DNA of 64,000 nt, taken from the NCBI GenBank assembly GCA_964035545.1, contig OZ037765.1, positions 2,356,001 to 2,420,000 of the forward strand. The letters run 5' to 3'. The translations under genes were made by a program, and so were the position numbers. Position 1 is the stretch's first letter. Every line of letters begins with the position of its first letter. The stretch comes from Bugula neritina. Its lineage: Eukaryota; Animalia; Bryozoa. Shown here piece after piece: positions 47,301-59,362 of the stretch. The notes under the pieces were generated by a model. That model was not told where the DNA came from, searched no databases, and saw only the letters and a list, made by a program, of their open reading frames with translations.

Positions 47301-50300
47301 GAGATGATGCAAGAGCATACGTGTTGATGGCAGACTAGATGTATGAGTCATAAGACAAAGTGAAAGTAATTTATACACAAGTAACGTAATAAAAGACAAA
47401 ATCCCAGCGTTCTACTGCTGTATATGTCCAGATTTCAAGCCATTGACTCCACTGAAATAACCTTAGCTATATCTATTACCAGTTATGTATAGTTTGAGTG
47501 TCTAATAGCATAAATATTGTCATATAATAATAAAAAAGAACTTGAAGCCCACTACCTAGCATATTGGTATTTGAAAATCAGAAAATCTATTATAAAGTAT
47601 AGAGATATGAACTTCAGGAGGATAAATTCCATGGCATGGAAAAGCAGTATGTTATATTGAATAATACATATCACTAGTTTAAAAGTTTTATCTTATAATG
47701 AAGCATATAATATATATAATATAATTTATATTTTCACGTTTTATATATTAGTTACAACAAGTATATACAAAGCTTTGATGACACAAAATAGAGACATGAA
47801 ATTCATAGTTTGTTTCAATACTGTATCTTTTTCTAAAGGACTTAATGTTTGCTAAAGAGCTTATCTAACAGCAAAGTAATAGCATTGTATTATTAAGTAT
47901 TGACACTGAGTACTAAGTGTAACTTTATCTGTAAGATAAGTGAAGGAATTCTCCCATAAGCCTACATATTCTGTTACATCCCAAAACTTTTCCTTTAGCA
48001 GGTGCAGTATTTCACAAATATTCACTGGATGTACTTTTACTTCAAAACTATTTTGTATGTTGAAGAATTAACTTCCCTTGTTGGTACATTCAAATATTTA
48101 CACAATTTTATAATATTACACAAGAAAATGTTTTCCCACTGCCAGGACAACGCTAAGAAGAACGGAAAGCTTTAACTTTCACAGAAGAGAACAACGTGAA
48201 AAAATTTATACTCTAAACATAAGAGTGTTGGTCAAAAAGTAAAAATTAAATACTTCATTAGTTTTAGGATAAAATAATTAAAAAATAATAATATTACAGC
48301 TTAAATTTTTTTAATAAACTACATGTACAAAATATATTTCAGTTTTAGATCAAAAATAAATTTCAATAACCATAATAAATAATAACATTATTTGACATAA
48401 AAATATATTAATATATAAAAATATATAAAAATACATATAATTACAATATAATTATACAAAGCAGTGTATATAATTCACTCGAAACCATCTGACCACTTTC
48501 TATATACAATAATACAATATACTAACCTTTTATATATACAATAATATAATATACTAACCTTCTATATATGCAATAATATAATATACTAACCTTCTATATA
48601 TACAATAATATAATATACTAACCTTCTATATACAATAATATAATATACTAACCTTCTATATACAATAATATAATATACTAACCTTCTATATATACAATAA
48701 TATAATATACTAACCTTCTATATATACAATAATATAATATACTAACCTTCTATATACAATAATATAATATACTAACCTTCTATATATACAATAATATAAT
48801 ATACTAACCTTCTATATACAATAATATAATATACTAACCTTCTATATATACAATAATATAATATACTAACCTTCTATATATACAATAATATAATATACTA
48901 ACCTTCTATATATACAATAATATAATATACTAACCTTCTATATATGCAATAATATAATATACTAACCTTCTATATATACAATAATATAATATACTAATCT
49001 CCTATATATACAATAATATAATATACTAACCTTCTATATACAATAATATAATATACTAACCTTCTATATATACAATAATATAATATACTAACCTTCTATA
49101 TACAATAATATAATATATAATATATTAACTTTTTATATATAAAATAAGACAAGGTTTCTACTAACCATTATCGCCAGGTTTGTCTTTCCCATCTCCACAG
49201 CCCTGTTAGCAATGTCACTATACGATACACCGGAGTTATCCCCCAGTTTCTCTTGGAGAATATTAGCTATTTTATAGTCTGGGTCTCTACTATTCTCTAC
49301 CTGCCAGTTGATACACAATATACCTGCAGACTTCCACTACACATAACACACACTGCACATTGCACACATTTGCTTCATTCTGAGTCTTTTTTTAACATTT
49401 TGTAAAGGTCAAGAGGTCAAATGTATAGACCAAATTCTTAGTAAGCTCTCTATTCAGCCTTATGTTAGTAGGGTTAGTCTGAGAGTGAATAAGGGGTAAG
49501 TGTGCCAGGGAGATAATTCTGGCTGTTTGCCAATATTTTGATGAAAGTATACAGTAGCTTTTTGCAGTTTGTTTAGCTATTTTTTGGCTTTTGTTTATGT
49601 TATATTTGTTTGTATTATAATAGTTAGTAGTTTCACTTGCCAGGAAGATGTTCTAAGGAGCTGATGTTTGTAAGTGTCATTATAATTTTGAAGTTTTTGT
49701 TTTTGTTGATACTGAATATTTGAAAGTTACTTATGTATATTATGTTTTGTACAGCATGTAACAATTTTTGATATTTTGATAGAGTACAAGACAAAGAGTG
49801 AACAATAATATTAAAGATTAAGATTGTTGCTCCATGCTTGCTGTTATCCAACTCAATAAGCCATTTCTGGCACAGTATGAGAGTTGGTACTGGTACTAGC
49901 CCCAAGTGATATGTTGTTTACGTTTTCTCATACTATGTAACAATTGAAACACTATAATATAAAGAACATTTTAGATGAATGGAAAAATGAACATGAATAT
50001 TACATGTATTGAATAATTCTAGCTCACACGCACAATGCATTGTGCCATACGTCTGCTCATATCCCACAATGCACTGCACATACGTCTGCTCATATCCCAC
50101 AATGCACTGCACATACCTTGTAACAGGCCCAATGAGCCAGTATTTTCTCTTCCACATCCTTTAGCTTCAGGTACTGACAGATTTTCCTAGCCAACAGATA
50201 CTGCCTTCTGTATACCAGCCTATCTATCAGAGTCTCCATCGTTATGAAATTTAATCTAAACATACAGTTAAGGAAAATGCGAACTTATCATTTTCTCCAT

Positions 50301-53300
50301 TATGATTGTAGATATAATTGAACTGAGCATTAATATATATGTATCCACCCCTGGTATATATTAGTAGACGACACAGCTGTATCCACCCCTGGTATATATT
50401 AGTACACAACACAGCTGTATCCACCCCTGGTATATATTAGTACACAACACAGCTGTATCCACCCCTGGTATATATTAGTACACGACACAGCTGTATCCAC
50501 CCCTGGTATATATTAGTACACAACACAGCTGTATCCACCCCTGGTATATATTAGTACACAACACAGCTGTATCCACCCCTGGTATATATTAGTACACGAC
50601 ACAGCTGTATCCACCCCTGGTATATATTAGTAGACGACAACACAGCTGTATCCACCCCTGGTATATATTAGTACACAACACAGCTGTATCCACCCCTGGT
50701 ATATATTAGTACACAACACAGCTGTATCCACCCCTGGTATATATTAGTAGACGACAACACAGCTGTATCCACCCCTGGTATATATTAGTACACGACACAG
50801 CTGTATCCACCCCTGGTATATATTAGTATACAACACAGCTGTATCCACCACTGGTATATATTAGTGGACGACACAGCTGTATCCACCCCTGGTATATATT
50901 AGTAGACGACACAGCTGTATCCACCCCTGGTATATATTAGTAGACGACAGAACATCATCTGATCCCATAAAAATTATTAAAAGCACGTTATTTTAGTTGG
51001 AGTTGTCTCTACTCTTACATTGAATACAGAAGCTGAAGTCACAATGTAACAAAGCTGTTGTTTTCAGAAATGACTCATCACTAAAAGGCTGAAACAAATC
51101 ACTGCCAAATTTGGAGTTGTCATTCTATTGCAGAACATTTCTTACACAGGAAAGCCTTATGCTAGACGATTCATATACTACACATATGACATAATAAATG
51201 ACGTAATCGAGTGAATCACCACATGAAGGTCAAGGATACTGTTTGAGAGTGAGAGGAATGCCTACACTGAACTCTCTGACGGCATTCAACACACGAATCA
51301 TCTGACACATGTGATAGAACTTGTCAGGTTCACTCGTGTTTACAAAACACTTGCCGAAGGAAGCAGCCTAAAAATAGCCAATCACAGGCAACGACCTGAA
51401 TAACTACAATATTATATATGCACACGAATATAACATGTTGTATACACTTCAACAAGTATATACAGATATAAGATCATATATACATAATTATAATAATACT
51501 CAAATGTAATAATCTACATAAACTATAGAAATACACATTACTTTGTGCAGTGTTCAACAGAACAAAATATTGTGAAGATGAAAATTATTCGTTGATTTCT
51601 ATCAAGTTTAAACAGACAACTCCAAGTCAGAAGTTATGCCAGAAGAAGGGAAAAGTTTTACAATTACTAGTATGAAGTAAACTAACCAAGACAGGGTGTG
51701 GGTCAACATTCATACACTAAACATAGTGAGAGGGCAAACAAAGCACTACTATGTGAAGCATAATAAATTCTACTCTAATCCCACAAAATGCATAAATATA
51801 TGTTAACAATATAATATTACAACTAATCGTATAATATTATATTATTGTAAATAATCATATAATATTACAATTTTTGATATAATACTACAATTAATTATAT
51901 ATATTATTTATTAAATATTATTGTATTTAATCATATAATATCACTATAATATAGTATAACTCGAAATGCTGCATAACTGTTACGTACCCTCAACAGACTC
52001 TTCTGTTTGGCAGGTTCAAACTCGTGACCTGCTGCCTCTATACACTGCTCTACGGCTAGCCCCATCTGGTGGGCTATGCTGTCAATGTAATCGTTGGCTT
52101 CTTTGTTTTGTTGCTGCAATATATGAGAATGAAAACGCATATGGACAGTGAAAATGTGAAACTAACTTGAATTAAAAACTAAATAATATATTAGTATAGA
52201 AAATTACAAGATACTGGGCCAGTGCTAGTTCTTACTTATTCAAATCATAAATTTGTTATGATGGATAAAAATTTGAAAAAGTACCTCTCAATTAACAAAG
52301 TATTTGAATATCTGTATAATTATGCTGTAAAAGTTTGATCATTTCAAAAACACAGCAAAACCAACAAATCTTTTAGGAAATGAAAAAATCAACATAGTAT
52401 TTATATTTTGATGTAGAATCTTAAATTTGATTTGACTGCCACAAAATATATGTTTTGTAATATAGTATTTTCTGTAATATAATATTTTCTGTAATATAGT
52501 ACTTTCTGTAATATAGTATTTTCTGTAATATAGTACTTTCTGTAATATAGTACTTTCTGTAACATAATATTTTCTGTAATATAATATTTGTATTTCCATC
52601 TAATAAACTTTGTGAGGAATTGCTTACTGGGCACTTTAGAGAGTGTCAAAAATATGTCTACGACCCTTCATAACACTACTATTTTATTACACTCTTTTAC
52701 CAGCTCTCTAACACTTATAACGCTCTGTTATTGAGGTCATACTTACACTTAACATCTACTAAGTTATTGAGGTCATACTTACATTAAACTTGCGCTCAGC
52801 TTCAAAGAGGTAGGCACCGGGTTGAATTGATCCAATTTGGAATATTTCACGAGTGACCTCTAAAAGTATTACACAATGTGATATAATAGGATACAATGTA
52901 TAATATATTACAATATATAATATATTACAGTATATAATATATTATAATATATAATATATTACAATATATAATATATTACAGTATATAATATATTACAGTA
53001 TATAATATATTACAGTATATAATATATTACAGTATATAATATATTACAGTATATAATATATTACAGTATATAATATATTACAGTATATAATATATTACAG
53101 TATATAATATATTACAGTATATAATATATTACAATATATAATATATTACAATATATTATATATTACAGTATATAATATATTACAGTATATAATATATTAC
53201 AGTATATAATATATTACAGTATATAATATATTACAGTATATAATATATTACAGTATATAATATATTACAGTATATAATATATTACAGTATATAATATATT

Positions 53301-56300
53301 ACAGTATATAATATATTACAGTATATAATATATTACAGTATATAATATATTACAGTATATAATATATTACAATATATAATATATTACAATATATTATATA
53401 TTACAGTATATAATATATTACAGTATATAATATATTACAGTATATAATATATTACAGTATATAATATATTACAGTATATAATATATTACAGTATATAATA
53501 TATTACAGTATATAATATATTACAGTATATAATATATTACAGTATATAATATATTACAGTATATAATATATTACAGTATATAATATATTACAATATATTA
53601 TATATTACAGTATATAATATATTACAATATATTATATATTACAGTATATAATATATTACAATATATTATATATTACAGTATATAATATATTACAATATAT
53701 AATATATTCCAATATATAATATATTACAATATAAAATATATTATTTACCAACAAGAACTGAGCAGTGAGTTTGGTTCAATTCTACTGGTGTAATCTCACC
53801 ACAGCAACTATATGGGACAACAGATAACCTTGGAGTTACACTGACAGTAACATTAAACTTGGAGCCAACACCCCCTCCCTCCCCTACCAACACGGTGGTT
53901 GTAAATCTGTCAAGTATGTTAAAGTGAATTGATGACACTCTATAAATAAGCTAAAACACATGGAGCAAACAAAACAATGTATTATTAAACAGAAGAAAGG
54001 CCTCGGCTTTTACAGCAAAGTTTGTTTATGAAAGGTCCCCAAAAGTTCAATAAATTTGGAAAACATTTCAAAGGGAATCACCATTTCCAGTCTTGGCTTC
54101 TAAAACAGACATGGCCTAGCCTTAGAGAAATGTGAAGACTTCATAACTTATACTATTTTTAAGGAGTTGGGTTACACGCCCCACAACTATAGCAGGACAT
54201 AGTACTACACACCGGGAACTCTGTGAATGAGCTCGTGGAAACTGTTGGATATAATTCTGGCTCCGTCTGTCTCAGATACAATGAAGATGCTTCCTTCATT
54301 AGGATAGCTGATCCACTCCCGGTCCGACCCGACCATCAGGAGGTCCTCCTCTTCCCAATGGACCAGAACTGACCTGGTCCCACACCAGGCCAGCTGGGTG
54401 GGCCGGCTCTTGTTCTGAGTCTGGTACTCACAGAAACACACCTTCAACAACATAAACACACCTTCAACAACAGAAACATACCTTCAACGGCAGAAACATA
54501 TCATATGCAAGCAGAAAAAACGGGTCCTAATAAAATTATGCATAAATATAATAAGTCTTTGATCAATTTGTTACATTAGTAATTTAAAAGTAGAGTCAAC
54601 AGTGAAGGAAGGAAAATTACAAACACTTTGACGTCTCATTCAAGAGAATGTATGCTATATTATTATGACTTCAAGGTAAGCATTATAAGTATTGATAAAC
54701 AAGAAGTATAAAAATAGTTGCATAACAAGCAGAGGCAGGTAATGAAGAGAGAATTTTACCTGCAGATTGGCAGAGCCTATCCAAAGCATGCCACTAGCTG
54801 TGAACAGAGCGACGTACTTGTTGTTTATAGAGACAGCTATGTCAGTGTAGGCTATCACGTCTGAGTCACTAATCTGTACATCCTGTATGAGTAGAGGACA
54901 ACTCCTGTCAAATCTCATATTACTATTCTACTGTTGGTGCAGGGTGGGACAAAGTGATAAAATATCCAAACATATGACAGAAAACATGAAACAAAATTAA
55001 ATTAAATACAAAAAAGATCTTTATACTAAAATTACATACAAAATTTATTGTTATTAAAGCTAGATAAGACAAGAGAGCACTAAATGCTGCTTTAACTAAT
55101 TAAACATACGCAAACACATGTGTGGTTAGCATAAAACTTTGCAATTAGTAAAAATTATTTCATATTTCTCTGCTGTCTGGTATCATTTGATTGAAAGCTT
55201 GAGACTCTCTGGCTCTATGGTAAAGCATAGGGACTTGTGCATCACAAAGTAAATTCCATGGCATCCAAGAAGCCATACAGATACATTATGCAAAGTTTAA
55301 CTACACCCTAATGATAATATTTGATATGTTCTATTTCCCTATATAATAGAATATATCTATAGAATATATATCTATAGAATATATATCTATAGAATATATA
55401 ATATATTATCTTAGAGTGTACAAGGCTTGATACCAGTAGTGTTTTCCAATGATATATAAAGCTCTGCATGGTAGAAGATAGCAAGAGAGAATCTATAGCC
55501 CGAAAAAACAGCATAGTCTGAGCATATCATCACCTGAGGTGTGCACTGTCCCATCTGGTCTATGAGATACAGTCTGTCGTCCCTGGCAACCAGAGCACAT
55601 ATCGTACCGTCCACTCCAATAGCTGCCCAGCAAGACGGGGGAGAGCCGAGAGCTGCAGGAAACACTTTACTAGTCAAATCATAAATATTTCTATATACCT
55701 AGTACACTATGAGCAGGTAATACCTGGTACACTATGAGCAGGTAATACCTGGTACAGTATGAGCAGGTAATACCTGGTACACTATGCGCAGGTAATAACT
55801 ATATACCTGGAACATCAGCCAACTTCCGAGGGGGGCTTCTCTTATTCACATCACTTTTGATCCAGAACCTGTAAGCTGTTGTCATGACGATGACCCCAGA
55901 ATCATTGTATGACTGAAATATTCTACAGTCGGATATCTTCAAGTCCATCGCCTCCTACAGCAAAACAGGTACATGATACGTAATAGTTGCCATAGCAACA
56001 GACAGTTTCATAACTAGCAATAATATCTTTATAGTTAGGAGTTACTCTCTCTTGACTGGGTAATCGAAATAACATAAAGTATGTGAAGATACAATGAGCA
56101 TCACTACAATCCTATCAGGCTATATGATCGTATATATTGTTCTGATGGCTAGTGGGAGCGCTTCTGTCAAATTAACCTTAGCAGCTGATTGGCTGACTAG
56201 AGTCCCAACAACATAGAAAATAACCAATAGGCTATGACTAACCTGTCCCATATCAAATGTGTTCTCAACCTGCCCAAACAGGTTATACAATATTACCAGG

Positions 56301-57660
56301 CCATCATCCTGCACACAGACAAGTTTCTCTGATGCTGTCCAGCCAATCTTGAGCAGTAGACCACCCTGCTGCCACTACAGATATAAAGCTACGACTACAG
56401 TAACAAACATATCTACAGCGTAGTGATCTAATATATAAACTGTAAGCAGTGCACCAGCCAGCTACAAGGGAATAATATGGCTGCTGTATTCTACTGACTC
56501 TAATATGTGTTGCGGAAGTCACAATATTTTATTTGTAGAAGGAATTGACTTTCCAACAACTCACCTGATTAAATTAACTCACCTGGGTGACTCACCATCT
56601 TGAGTGAGTGAAAGTGATCGGGTGAGTGTGCAAGTGAGAGTGAGTGAGTTAGTAAATGAGTGAGAGAGCGGATGAGTGAGTGAGAGTGAATGAATGAAAG
56701 CGAGTAAGTGAGTGACTCACCTTGAAATCATGCAGTCGATTTCCTGCTGCATTGTATATCGACACAATTTGTTTTGAATCAGCTCTGACCATATGCATTG
56801 CCTTCTTCATAGTAGCTATAATGTAAAGCACAATGTCCATGTTTATAGGGTTAGTCACATGTAACTACAGCTATCAACACTTTACAGTAGAACTGAAGAT
56901 GCAATACCTATGGGTCCCCCATTGATGGCCGCTGCTACATCGTATTCCGAAATATTCATGTGATCGACCCATGTCATACGGTACAGCTCTAGTTTTCTAG
57001 AAACAGAAGCAATAAAATTGTAATAAAAGTACAAATTTATAACGAAAATAGCCTAAATCTTCAATATAAATTTCCTAGTCAGTCAATGATCACAAAACCA
57101 AATGATATATAAAAGAATTCCTTATTTCTCTAAAGTTCATAGTAATATAATAGTCAATGTGAATGCAATCTACCAAAAAGAAGTACAAAAAAACTAAAGT
57201 ATCTAATTCTATGCTGGTGGCCATTGAATGAAATTCAAATATATATTAAGTCCATCAACCATCATCTTTAAAATGACTGCAAAACTACTATACAATTGCA
57301 GTGATGCTGTGTGCAAATTTTGCAATGTTCAGAGGGCTGTACATGTACAAACTTGAAATAGCATAACTAAAACAGCAAAGTAACTGTTGAGCCTGCCTAT
57401 AAATCAATAATTACAAAAATATCGATATACTAATCCTTCAATAACAAAATCTAAATGAGGATAAATGACTAACTCTTTATTAAGAATAAAAAATTATTAG
57501 AATCAACATCAAAAATACATTACAATTTGCAGTTAAATAATAATATCAGCATTTACACAGAGACTAAAACTACCAAACAAAACTGCTTCAACATAGTGAC
57601 ATACTGATACCTGAAAAAGATGTCTCCCAAAGGATTCCACTCCGCTGACATGAACTCCAT
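41369..57660 (-). CDS. VPS16: Vacuolar protein sorting 16 (HOPS/CORVET core subunit)
   Basis: 20 exons: 57660-57611, 56996-56908, 56815-56721, 56374-56243, 55954-55807, 55652-55534, 54882-54760, 54441-54213, 52859-52783, 52113-51988, 51367-51240, 50255-50117, 49300-49166, 45028-44920, 44324-44224, 43609-43505, 43139-43062, 42764-42598, 42324-42121, 41510-41369; 831 aa. Motifs [25 protein letters not shown]...[30 protein letters not shown] and [15 protein letters not shown]. Confidence 0.95.
42424..42580. repeat. Minisatellite, 22-nt unit, about 7 copies
   Basis: AGTAGATGTATAATATAGTCTA repeated. Confidence 0.9.
45783..47338 (+). CDS. SPMIP1: SPMIP1/ATP6V1FNB-like ciliary/sperm microtubule inner protein, nested antisense in VPS16 intron 13
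   Basis: Exons 45783-45897, 46513-46700, 47012-47338; 209 aa, phase-consistent. N-terminal [16 protein letters not shown] and C-terminal MYPV...[20 protein letters not shown]...[17 protein letters not shown]...FFTRNGI resemble the ATP6V1FNB family. Confidence 0.75.
48498..49118. repeat. Minisatellite, 30-32-nt unit, about 20 copies
   Basis: TATATACAATAATATAATATACTAACCTTC repeated. Confidence 0.95.
50256..51239 (-). other. U12-type (minor spliceosome) GT-AG intron, VPS16 intron 11
   Basis: Donor CA|GTATCCTTG at 51239. Branch site TTTTCCTTAAC (50277-50267) lies about 11 nt before the AG at 50256, with no long polypyrimidine tract. The frame joins GIPLTLKQ to [13 protein letters not shown]. 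Confidence 0.9.
50341..50948. repeat. Minisatellite, 38-nt unit, about 16 copies, inside the U12 intron
   Basis: GTATCCACCCCTGGTATATATTAGTA(C/G)AC(A/G)ACACAGCT repeated. Confidence 0.95.
52457..52590. repeat. Minisatellite, 17-nt unit
   Basis: GTAATATAGTATTTTCT repeated. Confidence 0.85.
52898..53731. repeat. Minisatellite, 17-nt unit, about 49 copies
   Basis: GTATATAATATATTACA repeated. Confidence 0.97.
55696..55810. repeat. 25-nt unit x4 containing CCAG|GTA on the VPS16 strand
   Basis: TACCTGGTACACTATGAGCAGGTAA repeated. Confidence 0.85.
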
Positions 57661-59362
57661 TATCTTTTTTGTTTGATACGTTTTTAATATAATTCTATCA
57701 GGATGAACTCCAACTTGTTGCAGTTGCAGTGTAAGTGTTAATTTCAACAAATTTATGTTAGTGTTACTGTTACATTTGCCGAAAAAATTATTCACTAACT
57801 CTACTGACTCTACGTGACTACAGACACAGTTGATCTAATTGGATTTCAAATTGACTAGGCTTACTCTTAAGACTAGGAGTTCCAGAAAATAAATTTTCAG
57901 TAATGCTAATAGTAACAGTGATTGGTAACGCCAATAGCTTTTAAATTTACATTTATTTTAAACGTGAAGCATTTTTTATCTAGTTTTACTTTTAACAGAG
58001 AACATTCACTTTGACTTTCACTTTCAGCTAATTCTAATTCTCTCAGTATCAATATGAATATGGGTATATATCAGTGTCGGTATGAGTATCACTATGAGTA
58101 TGATTATCAACAACAGTAAGCAACTGCGAGACTGAGTGCAGCTTTAGTCTTCAGATTTTATTCAAATTAAAACCAAACGCGATTATTCATCTATGATTAT
58201 TATAAATTATAATGGTCATGGTGGTTTGCAAGCTAGTTTATATTCAGAGGTTATATCCACCTGCTTTGATGTCTTCTATTTTCTATTCAGCTTGAACTTC
58301 AAATGTGGTCATAAACTATGAAGATGTCAAAGTCACATGATTCTTATTAAGAAGGTGAAAACCTGAAATGCTAATATTAGCTAGTTTAAAAAATTTCATA
58401 CCTCTACTAAATCGGTAAGATGTTAATAAAGATACGCAGTTACAAAAGGTGGAAATTGTCAGGGGTAAGCAACCCTGTATCTCTAACTGTAGCATCTTAT
58501 TGAAACAATTAGTGGAATAGTTAGCACTTGTTGAAGTCATAATGTATGAAGTTCTAGCTTTGATTTACACTGATAATGCAAAATTTCACATTCGTTTTTA
58601 TAAAAGCTTGAATTATTTAGTATAGTAGATTTTATGCTATGTTATTTAGATTTATAAGCTATAGTGACAGATGGTGCATGTTATACTAATGTCGCACATA
58701 ACCCTTACATGCATATATTGTACAGAAATAACGTGTTAGGTTTTAACCAGCAATTTTCAGTATCATCTATTAATTCATCAGACAGCATTGAATTAAACCC
58801 TGGCCTGAAAAATAAATTAAATTGCTCCGTACTGTAAAATGTAATACATTATATATTCTTTATTGTTTATCATTTATGCCTGTACGTATTTATACATATA
58901 CAAAAATCAATTCTAAAGTTGTCTAAATACACTTTATTAAAAATCGTTTCATAAAATTAATATAAAAATAATATTTCTGTATCAAATATCTACAGTCAAT
59001 CACCAGACTTAGAATAAATAAGTACATTATCAATCTGTTATAAAATACAGTAGAGTGCCGAGTCCAAATTTTAAGAAAATGACTTTGTTTACAAAAAATG
59101 TAATAAATTTACCATAAAAAAATTAGTTTTTTTTCCATACTAAGTTTTCAAACATCCACTTTTTGTAGACATAATATATCTTATAATATATTAATTCCTT
59201 ATTTATAGCAGTTCCAATGAGCATTTCTAAAAATAGCTAATTTATCATAAGGTAAAATTGCCACTAAAAGTTCCAAATATCAATCAAAAAACATAATATA
59301 CAATATTCACTATTTACAAAAGTATTTGAAAGTAATCAAACACACCAATATAGAAACTCGTG

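Noticed and set aside
50341-50948. CRISPR-like array of 38-nt repeats
   Set aside because: Units are head-to-tail with only a few variable bases and no unique spacers. There are no cas genes and it lies in a eukaryotic intron, so it is a minisatellite.
57603-57610. VPS16 intron 1 donor GTATCAGT as a U12 site
   Set aside because: It lacks the CCTT of the U12 donor and has no U12 branch sequence near its acceptor.
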